Origin: Eledone cirrhosa | Taxonomy: Eukaryota | DNA length: 64,000 nt | Assembly (NCBI GenBank): GCA_964016885.1 | Contig: OZ024741.1 | Coordinates: 26,908,001 to 26,972,000 of the forward strand | Direction of reading: 5' to 3' | Shown here: piece by piece, positions 53,841 to 64,000 of the stretch | Layout: the number at the start of each line of letters is the position of its first letter | Numbering within the stretch: the stretch's first letter is position 1 | Made by a program: the position numbers and the translations under genes | Notes under the pieces: model-generated | The model's database searches: none | What the model saw: only the letters and a program-made list of their open reading frames with translations | Told to the model about the DNA's origin: nothing

Positions 53841-56800
53841 ATGGCGGAACAACAAACAGCAGAGCTAATAAAGTTGTTTAGAGAACAGATGGAACAACAA
53901 ATGCAACAACACAAGAAAGATATGGACACTCTGATAAAACTGTTTGGTGCTCGAGATTCTGAACAACAGAGTTTATTGGCGTCACCAGTTGCTTCGACAC
54001 CAACAGCATTCATCCCACCATTTGCTGCTTTTGATTCAACAACAGAACTATGGCCCGATTACTGGTCAAGATTCTGCACGTTTGTGGCTGCTAACGCTGT
54101 ACCCGAGCAACGCATGGCACAAGTGTTCCTGACTAATCAGACGGCTGCTATCTACAAACAACTTGCAAATCTGGCTGCTCAACAAAATCCGCCTAAGGAT
54201 ATCAACAAGTTGACAATGGACGAAATTGTTGACTTCATGAAAGAACAGTTCGACCCAAAACTTTTCATTGTGAGAGAACGTTTCAAGTTCTGGAGTGACA
54301 TGCAACGGAAGCCAATGCGAAACTCTCCAGGAGCTGGAAGCACGTATACGTCAGGATGCAGCTACCTGTGATTTTTACCTTCGATCACAAATCCACAAGA
54401 TGAAGCTCTAAGACAGAGATTTATATGTTCTGTCAATAATGAAGCTGTGTTGAAGGCTATTTTCAAGATCAAGGATACAGAACTAGATTTCGCCCGTGCT
54501 GTCCAAGTTGCCATCGGGACCGAAGATGCAGCAAAGGTTGCCAAGGAAACTGTTTACGGTTCCAAAACCAAGCAAGTCTACAAGGTCCAGCAGAACAAGA
54601 ACAAGGGTCCTCGAAAGAACCATCAGCAGTCTTATTCCACAGACCAGGAGATGTGCTACCGATGTGGAAAGGCCCACAAAGCGATAGACTGCCCCTTCAA
54701 AGAAGCCAAATGTCATTTTTATGACAAAAAGGGACATTTGCAAGCGGTGTGTAGAAAGAAACAACATCAGCAACGTAATCATCACTCACAGAATTACGTG
54801 AAAAGAATCACGAAAGCTGAGCTAGTCAAGGCGATCCTTCGTGAAGTTCCCCACGATACTCATAGTTTGAATGTGCCAATAACAATCCAGAACAGACTTT
54901 TCACAATGGAATTGGACACAGCTACTACAGGCAATTTTGTTTCCTTGTCAGTTTGGAAACAATTAGGAAAACCGAAGCTGCAAGATGTCAAACATCAGTT
55001 TGAATCTGCCAGCAAGCACGACCTGCCCGTTCTGGGAACTTTCATGGGCCAAACCAAGGATCCAACGACCGGTAAACGGAATTCAATACCCTACATCGTC
55101 ACCAAGATCCCTGATCTTAATTTGCTGGGACGAAACGCTATCCAGACTCTGGGAATTTCCGTGAACAATGCTCTAGGATTGAAAAGCATAGACAGCCAGG
55201 CCAAGAGTGAGGGTGCAGAAGTGATGCATCCAAAGACCTCAAATGAGCCCTATATTTCCATGCAACGAGATTGTCACAACATATGTGATGAATTCCCAGA
55301 TTTCTTCAAGCAAGAATTGGGATGTCTTAATGACTTCGAACTGGAAGTGAAGTTCAAGTCGGATGCGACACCGGTCTTTCACAAGGCACGCCCGGTCCCG
55401 TTTGCTCTTCGTGATGACCTGGCCAAAGGTTACGAAGAAGGCATCGCCAAAGGAATCTGGAAGCCAGTACAGTTCAACGAATACGGAACGCCAGTGGTAC
55501 CGATTCGTAAAGCACTTACTTCAGGCAACCTGAAGCCCAAACTACGGATTTGTGGTGACTACTCTGTGGGAATTAATGACCAACTTGCAGATCATCGTCA
55601 TCCAATGCCACTCCCAGAGGAACTGATGCAGAAGCTCGGAGGTGGATTCGGATACACAAAGATTGATCTTGCTGATGCCTATAATCAGATCAAGCTGGCT
55701 CCAGAAAGTCAATGCAGGCTTGCACTCAGCACTCACCGTGGGGTGCTCCTGCAGGAACGACTCCCTTTCGGAATCAAGTCAGCACCTGGTTACTTTCAGG
55801 AGATCATGGAAAACCTGACTCAAGATCTACCTGGTGTGGCCGTCTTCCAGGACGACATGCTCGTCAGTGGGAAAGATGCAAACGATCACCTGAACAACCT
55901 AAAGTGTCTGCTCACACGTCTGTGCGACAAAGGACTCAGATGTCGCCGTGACAAGTGCCAGTTTGCACTACCCAGTGTGGAATACCTTGGACACACCTTG
56001 TAGGCTGAAAGGATCGCGAAGGGATCCAAGGTCGAAGCAGTTTTAAAGATGCCACCTCCAACGAACGTCTCAAGCTTGAAGTCTTTCTTGGGTTCAGTTC
56101 AGTTCTATGGAAAGTTTATCCCAAACCTGGCCAGCATAGCAGAGCCACTCTATTGCCTTACGAAAAAAACGACTACTTGGAAGTGGGGAGATGAAGAACA
56201 GTCAGCTTTCGATCAGTCGAAAAATGTGCTTTCATCGGATCGAGTTCTGATACACTTCGATCCAAACAAAACTTTGGGACTGGCTTGCGACGCGTCAAAC
56301 GTTGGTATTGGAGCAGTCCTGTTTCATCGCTATCCTGATGGAAGCGAGCGCCCAATATCCAATGTGTCCAAGACTCTTACTTCTGCACAGCGTAACTACG
56401 GCCAAATTCAAAAGGAAGCCCTGGCCATCATATTTGGCTTGCAGAAGTTCTATCAGTATCTGTACAGACATCAGTTTATACTCGTAACTGACCACAAGCC
56501 ACTGACATCACTGTTCAGTCCGAGGAAAGGGACGCCACTTCTTGCTGCTAACCGACTAGCACGGTGGGCCCTGTGGCTGAACCAGTTTGAATACACCATC
56601 GAATATCGGAAAACAGCGGATCATGGCAATGCAGATGCCCTCAGTCGCTTGCCATTTGGTAATGACATCGACTTTGACAGGAAGGAAAATGGTGAAGACA
56701 TGGACATGGTGTGCGCCATCAAAGCTCTCAGTCTTCAAGTCCAACCTATCGATGCTAACGTCCTCCGTCAAGAGTCAGGGAAAGATCCAGTGATATCTAC

Positions 56801-58070
56801 AGTGATACGCTACGTCCGTGAAGGCTGGCCACCAAAGAATACTGAGATCAATGACGAAGTCAATAAGTTCCGGAAGTTATCGGATTCACTCAGTATCTGC
56901 CACGGATGCCTTATCCATGGATCGAGAGTTGTGATTCCACATAGCTTACAGCCAAAGATCCTCAATCTTCTGCATCTCGGACACTTTGGCATGGAGCACA
57001 TGAAACAATTGGCAAGAACTGCTGTTTATTGGCCTGGTATCGATGCTGCTATAGAGAAAACCAGTCGTGTGGTGAACATCAAAACCAGCCATCCAAGTCT
57101 CCAGTTCACCCATGGATGTTACCTGAAAAGCCGTGGAGCCGCTTACACCTGGACCATGCAATAAATTTCATGGGCAGTAATTGGTTGGTGATCACGGATG
57201 CTTATTCCAAGTATCCATGCATTCATCCTACGTCATCCACGTCCTTCAGAGCCACTTTAGATCTACTTGAAGAAGACTTTGCGCACTTCGGATTTCCTCA
57301 CACGCTAGTCACCGATAATGCACCAACTTTTATTTCTGAGGAGTTCCAGAGCTGGTGCAAAGAACATGGGATCACGCACCTGACAGGGGCACCTTACCAC
57401 CCAGCTACCAACGGAGCAGCGGAACGTTTGGTGCAGACCTTCAAACAAGCTCTGAGGAAGACTTCTCTTCCGCCGAAGCGAGCACTTCAAGAGTTCTTGA
57501 TGCAGTACTGGAAAACACCGACATCCAGTGGATTCTCTCCGAGTGAACTTTTGAATCACCGGCAGATACAGACAAGGATTGATTCTCTGCTGCCCTCGCC
57601 AGCACACATCGCTCAAGGCAAGCAGTCTAAGGAAGCATATAAGTCTCAGATGACTCCGGACTCGGCAGGTGTCGCTAAGGTTACCAGGCAGTACAAGGCT
57701 GGAATCCTGTGTATGCACTGTACTACGGACCTCGCCGAGACAAAGATCCCCGATGGGTACCAGCAATCATTAAGAAGTCATTGGGTACTCGCTGCTTCAA
57801 CGTTAAGGTCATACCTCATGGCCCGGTGTGGAGACGACACTGGGAACAGCTGCAACCGCGGTACACTACTGAGGAAGACAATGAACCTGGTGATGCAGTA
57901 GACACTGTTTTTGAATTTGCAACAGATCACCCGATGGAGATCTCGGAAATCGTGTCACTAACTCCAAGACAGACCAGACCCAAGACCTTGTTGCCCATTC
58001 TAGAGTATGGACCAGACAATCGAAGACGGTCCAAGAGAACTCGTAAACCCCCAGAGAGACTTTGCTGTTG
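53841..58070 (+). pseudogene. gag-pol with several frameshifts and a stop at 56001
   Basis: CYRCGKAH..C knuckle, LDTA protease, FQDD RT, DAS..EALA..TDH RNase H, HHCC/DDE integrase. Confidence 0.93.
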
Positions 58071-58105
58071 ATGCTTCTTTTGTCGCATCAATTTAGGTGG
58101 GGAGG

Positions 58106-58392
58106 TGTTGTATGGACTGGGAATCGAACTCACAACATCATTGTTGTATGGACTGTTAAATTCGTTTTATTCAATTTACACGTGCTCACACATTTGCATA
58201 TGAATCACGTGACCTGGGCAGTCAGTCAGCGTTGGTATTAAAAACTCGGTCACAGACTGCTGCTGTCACTTACTTTATGTTATTCTGCTACTGTGAGGAG
58301 GGGCGTTTTGGTTGTTTCGTACAATACACAAATTATTTGATATTATTGATATAACTCGTGTTTTCTCTGCGAGTACCGAGAGGAATACAACA
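58106..58392 (+). repeat. 3' LTR preceded by polypurine tract (~58095-58105)
   Basis: AGGTGGGGAGG followed by the LTR. Confidence 0.95.
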
Positions 58393-58718
58393 TATATACA
58401 TATATGTATACAGATGTACAGTAGTATGTATGTATTTATATATACATACATGCACACATATATATATGTACGTATGTTAAACACTGTACGGCTTAATTCG
58501 GGATGTTTGTTTACAAACAAACCGAGCATTATAATAAATGTTTGGTAAATCCATACATACATATATATATGTGTGCATGTATGTATATATATATACATAC
58601 TACTGTACGTCTGTATACATATATGTATGTACGTATACATACTTATATATATAATTGTAAGAGACTATTTTGAGTTTCTAACTCAGTATATGATATATAT
58701 ATATATATATATGTTATT

Positions 58719-58976
58719 ACAACATCCAGCCCGAAACAAATGAGGTCGTGTAGGTGTCACGACAAAAAAACACACAGTCCACACTGTAATGTGGCCGTGT
58801 AGGCAACACGGTAAAAACCTCCCAGTTCCACACTGTAAATGTGGTTGGTGTTAGGAAGGGCATCCAGCCGTAGAAAACCCGCCAGACAGTCCTATGCGAG
58901 CAAGAAAACCCCCGTCCAAACCCATGCAAGCATGGAATATGGACGTTAAACGATGATGATGATGATGATGATGATG
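58719..58976 (+). mobile_element. RTE 3' UTR fragment with (GAT)n tail
   Basis: Reverse-complement homology to 37331-37612. Confidence 0.85.
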
Positions 58977-59000
58977 TTATATATATAGTTATTACATAAC

Positions 59001-59054
<54 letters not shown>

Positions 59055-59147
59055 TGGAGTAGAAAGGGCTTTTTGCAGGAGACAAGGCAACATCCTTGAT
59101 GGTGGTGTCAAGTACTTGGGTTTATATAATTTTCTCATGTTGTGCTT

Positions 59148-59330
59148 AGGTGGATTGGCAGTATCGGTAGAGGGTCAGTCACCATGCTTTGACGCATAGA
59201 GTTACGGCCCTTTTCATTTTGAGTTCAAATCCGACCGAGGTCAACTTTGCCTTTCATCCTTACGGGGTCTATAAAATAAAGCACCAGTAATGTACTGGCC
59301 TTGTGCCAAAAGTAAAAACAATTATTATTA
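59148..59330 (+). mobile_element. tRNA-derived SINE
   Basis: A box TGGCAGTATCGG, B box GAGTTCAAATCC, (ATT)n tail. Confidence 0.7.
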
Positions 59331-59339
59331 TTATCATCA

Positions 59340-61800
59340 TTATTATTATTTGTGTTTTTCCTCTTCAGTTTTGTTTCCATTTCTTGCCGTGTGTCTTCCT
59401 GACACCTAGATCAGAGAAATTCACTACATACATTGATAAGCCACAAACATAAACGCACCGGATTATTCATGCCATCTACTTTACATAGCTCATCATTGAC
59501 TTTGCCATATAGTTTGAAGTCATCCATATAAAATAGATGGTTTATTTTTCTGTTGTCAATTTTATAATTGTAACTTGTTCTGTTAGCTTCGATTGTAAGA
59601 GGTATTAGACCTGTACAAAACATTACAGGTAAAAGTGAGTAACCTTGAAAAATGTCACAGCTGGTTTTGATATTATTTGAATAATATAATTGGAGATTCG
59701 TGTTCCACAATGACATATTATATTTCAAATGAAATTACGGGAGAAATTTTGAAGATGTCCAGCGAATTCAAAATAAATGACTGTCACATATTGTCAAAAG
59801 CCGTTTAGTAGTCATTCCATGTGGAACTTAGCTTTCTACACTTGTTATGATAATTCTCATGGACCATACATTAATTAATAGCCGATCTTTACATCCATAC
59901 AAACCTCTTGTTGGCACCCTTTTTGTTCAATAAGGAAAACATTGTTCTCTTCCATAAATGCATGTTTTCTCCATGAGAATAAATGTTAAAACCTTATAAT
60001 TGGTTGATAAACAGGTTATAGGCCGATCGTTGTTTTGGCCTTTGATTTCACAATTCTTTGGTAGTAAGTACGCAAAACCACTTGTTATCCTGTCAGGTGT
60101 TTTTTCAGGATCTTTCATAATCTCATTGAACAGCTGGACTAATTATTTATGTACAAACGAGAGTGATGAAAGCCATAAATTTGACACCTTATCTTTACCA
60201 GATTTCCACTTATGAGCCTTTGTGTGTGCCATCCTTAGGTCTGCTATTCAGATGTCTTCCTATGCCTGTTCTTGCAAATTTTTGTAGGATTTTCCCATAC
60301 GTCTAATCCAATCTACATTTTCATTGTATGTCTCTCCAAATCTTTCTCCAAAAGTTTTCAATTTCTTCCATGGAAGGGGGAGGGGGTATTCAATGGTTAT
60401 CTTCTTCCTTATTTCTCTCTATAAAATGATTTGGCATTGGATGTGAACAACTTATTTTGCTTGTAAAGATTGTTTCTCTTCTCAAATCTTTGTATTCTTT
60501 GAGCTTTTACTTGGACTTTTTGTTTCAGTATTTCCTTTGTTGATATCAGCTCTTCTCCTGATTAAAATCCATATTTTCTCTTCAGCTTTCTTCCATTTTT
60601 TTAACCTTACATTATTTTCAGAGATTAGTTCATTTAATATTGATATTTCCTCTTTCATTAATTCAATCTCTTTTTCTGTTTTACTTCTCCATTGTGGATT
60701 TCTTCTTAAGTTTGGCTTCCTTAGTTTTTCTTTGGAGCCATACAACTTGTTTCAATTACCCTAGCAAATAATTTCATTTAATTCGATAAGATCAGGTTCT
60801 AATTCTTGCAGGATTTCTTTTGTTGCAGAGTTACTAATTTTTATTTTTATTTTAATTTAATTTATTTATTCTTTTTTTGGTTTGTATTTTAAAAGACTTC
60901 GAAGTGGTTCTCTATCATTTATACTTGCATGTCTTTCAATGGCTAGCTCATTCAGAATTTTCTGCTTCACTTCGATCATGGACTCTCTTGTGTTCTTCAG
61001 TAAATACTTGGTCTTCAAATTCTGTTTCTTTCCCACTTTCCCAGTTATTTTCATCAGGGTCATTAGAGTTTCTTACTTCTTCAATCCTTTGCCTGGTTTG
61101 GTCAAATGATAACCTTTCAGTTAAGACATGTCACTGGCTACGCTCTTTATCTGATTCTTCATTTCCTTCCTGTCTTATATTTAACCCTTTAGCATTTAAA
61201 CCGGCTATATCCAGCCAGAATTCTACCATCTCTTTCTGTTCAAACTGGCCATAACTGGCCACTCAAACTGATGTTAAAGTATTGTCCTCAAAATAAATAA
61301 TATCAAAATCTCATAGATTCAATATTGTGTGGGATAATTATGTGAGATTAAACATTTTCTGTGAAAATACAATAGTAAATATAGAGTATTGTAAATGCTA
61401 AAGAGTTAAGTCAGTTTCCACTGCATGCCTGTTTGCAATTAATTCCATATCTGTGAGTTTATTATTTCTGAAGATATCCCTCTTAACATTTGCTAACCTG
61501 TTTTCGTCCAAATAACATCTGCTATCTTGACTTAGTGTTCTCCATATTTTGTTAGAGTTTGTGATGTGCCTCTGAAGAGATGGCTTACCTATTGCATAGT
61601 AATAAGTGTATATTACTTCTTTATAGTCTTCCCGGATCCATTTGATCCTTTTAGATATTTCTTTCTGTGGTGGTTATAGTGGTGAACTTGAAGAGCTTGA
61701 GTTGGGGCAGTCCCAGATCAAATGATCATCCAGGTCCGTATTCAAAGAAAAGTTTGTGCCAGTGGATGACGTTTTGACCTCAGGCTGACACTTTTATGAT
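59340..61800 (-). mobile_element. Degraded R4/Dong-like non-LTR element
   Basis: LLPK..RPITCLST.YK, IFQG..L.P..FC, INHLFYMDDFKLY. Many stops. Confidence 0.65.
61185..61405. mobile_element. piggyBac-type MITE
   Basis: TTAA flanks, TIR CCCTTTAGCATTTA / TAAATGCTAAAGAG. Confidence 0.75.
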
Positions 61801-61867
61801 TAATCATGGGACAAGCGATTTGGTGTTGCTGTTGTTGTTGATATCTATATATTGTTACTTTTTTCAC

Positions 61868-62350
61868 ATAACTCATTCTATCATAACCTGGCCAAAACTG
61901 ACTCTGGTTCTGGGAAATAAAACCACCAATTTTAAGGGGTTCCAGTTTAAATTTAAATCTTCCAGCATAATTTGATTTAATAAATAGATATTAAGTTACT
62001 ATTTTAATAATGAACTAGTTAATAATTTTAGTAAATCCCTCAAAATTCTTCATGAATTAATTGAAATAGAGTATATTTCATTAGAAATGCAGTCATGAAA
62101 GAGTTAAAACATTTGCTGCCTCTACATACAAATTGTTTAACCTTTTAGTTACCAACCCAGCCAAAACTGGCTCTAGTTCTATGAAATAAAACCACCCATT
62201 TTAAAGGTTTCTAATTTAAATGAAAATCTTTCAATATAATTTTATATAAGAACCTTACATTAAGTTACTATCTTAGTAATGAAATAATTAATAACTTTAG
62301 TAAATCCCTCAAAAATCATTTCATTATAAATACAGTGCTGATAGGGTTAA
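61868..62350. mobile_element. Two related MITE-like copies ending in TTAA (~61868-62107, 62137-62350)
   Basis: Shared GCCAAAACTG..GAAATAAAACCACC..TTTAGTAAATCCCTCAAAA, degenerate TIRs. Confidence 0.5.
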
Positions 62351-62504
62351 ATCTGTTTCAACTATGAGAAATATAATTCTAAATACAAGACAATTCTATC
62401 GGTAAATAACATGACACAGAAAAGACTATAGCAGTCACTGGCTGATATGATTGGACCATATTAGTAATTTCATCTTCCCCCAGCAGGACAATCTAATTCT
62501 AAAT

Positions 62505-62872
62505 ATATATATTATTATTGTTGTTGTTGTCATCGTTGTTGTCATCATCACCGTCATCTCTACCATCATCATCATCACTATCATTATCACTATCATCATC
62601 ACCACTACCATCATCATCATCCATCATCACCACCACCACCACCATCATGACCATCACCACCATCTCCATCATCACCACCACCATCATCACCACCATCACC
62701 ATCATCACCGCCACCATCATCACCACCGCCACCATCATCACCGCCATCACCATCATCACCACCACCATCATCATCACAACCACCATCACCACCACCACCA
62801 TCACCACCACCACCACCATCACCATCACCACCACCACCACCATCACCACCACCACCATCACTACCACCATCA
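62505..62872. repeat. Compound trinucleotide microsatellite (ATT/GTT/CAT/CAC)
   Basis: Direct reading of the sequence. Confidence 0.95.
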
Positions 62873-63407
62873 TACACATGGGCTCCTATGTATGTGTTGT
62901 TTATGCTGGCCATTTCTCCTTTAACCAAACAGAAATACAAAGCCACTTCCTTGCTGCCAGCTATTACAGAACTAAAATGTCAGACATATCTCTATTATGG
63001 TAATTATTATCTATATGTTGTTCCCCTCTTATGTCTGTTTTCTTCTAATTTAAATAATTCTAAGTTTATAAACAGGACAAAATTTAATTTCAAATATAAA
63101 CTATTTAAGTATCCTCACATATAATATTTCAGAGCAATAACTGTAATATTGACCACTATACATGTTTCCCCCTCCACTCTCGACAACCTAGACAGAACCA
63201 CCATCAACCTAAACACCCTCTGTCCTTCAATATATATATAACAAATATCATCAGACCACAGTCACCCTCAATATCTTGTTTCTATTGAGTTGTGGCTACC
63301 AAATAAATCATTACTGACTTGGTCTATGTAGACCTGTCCAACCCTTGCTAGCAGAGAAAGCAGACGTTAAATCAACAATGATGATGATGATATATATATA
63401 TATATAT

Positions 63408-64000
63408 CATCATCATCATTGTTTAATGTCCATCTTCCACACTAGCATGGGTTAGACGGGAGTTGTCCCAATTTGAGGCAAGGTTGGTCGGGTGACCGTG
63501 TCCCACTCATATAGGACTGTCTGGCAGGTTTTCTACGGCTGGATGCCCTTCCTAACACCAACCACATTTACAGTATGGACTGGGAACTTTTTACCGTGTT
63601 ACCTACATGGCCACATTACAGCGTGGACTGTGTGTTTTTTTGTAGTGACACCTACACGATCTCGATCTCATTATCTCAGTAATTTGGACTGGATGTTGTG
63701 GTACCAACTTTACAGAGAGAGGGTGGTGTTGGTGGAGTGGGAGGATGGAGTAGGGGTAGTGGATTGGGGTGTATATTTGGTTAAGAGGTGCCTATTGACT
63801 GTAGGTTTCCCTTTGTACATAGGCAAGGCGGGTCTTCTGTATTACTGCGTGGTGCCAAAGATCTCGGTCCAGTGACATTGTCTTAGAGAGGTGCAAGTGT
63901 GTAAGGTCAGAATTTATCAAATCATCCCAGGTTTTTCTGGGTCTACCTACTCCGTAACTTCCATCAATTTTGATCGCCCTGCACTTTTTTTATACAACTG
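63408..64000 (-). mobile_element. RTE LINE 3' end, continuing beyond the window
   Basis: Homologous to 37331-37905, with (GAT)n tail. Confidence 0.88.

Larger units (their letters stand above)
53488..58392 (+). mobile_element. Full-length Ty3/Gypsy LTR retrotransposon (Mag-like)
   Basis: TG..CA LTRs, PBS, PPT, and gag-PR-RT-RH-IN order. Confidence 0.95.
53413..58646. mobile_element. Family B fold-back insertion (53413-53487 and 58393-58646) interrupted by the Gypsy element
   Basis: The two flanks join into the family B reverse complement, followed by a plus arm at ~58478-58646. Confidence 0.75.

Noticed and set aside
62451-63003. Poly-His, poly-Thr and Gly/Asp ORFs
   Set aside because: Trinucleotide microsatellite open in several frames

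Overview
This is eukaryotic, extremely AT-rich repetitive DNA, and I found no host gene in it. The repeat repertoire (SINE, AAGAGTAA-tailed LINE, TTAA MITEs) looks cephalopod/octopus-like, which is my inference. Roughly half the window is variant (TA)n microsatellite, so nearly all IY/YI ORFs are artefacts. The (TA)n tracts are packed with insertions: a CR1-group LINE, RTE LINEs, a Mag-like Ty3/Gypsy LTR element, a Helitron, an R4/Dong-like relic, MITEs, a SINE and several 5'-truncated Penelope-like elements (GIY-YIG with a CxCx5C linker, Naiad-like). The main unexplained signal is about 35 minimal type I hammerhead ribozyme motifs, found by eye, from about 14 sequence families. Nearly all have a palindromic stem III. 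Four families form non-coding tandem arrays with one ribozyme per monomer (about 312, 464, 460 and 593 nt), i.e. retrozyme-like templates for circular RNA. They share the (TA)n targeting of the Penelope-like elements, and three also show their 5'-inverted insertion geometry. Some carry compensated U3-A8 cores, and two diverged families end at the same homologous nucleotide. Folding was done manually, and ribozyme activity is untested.
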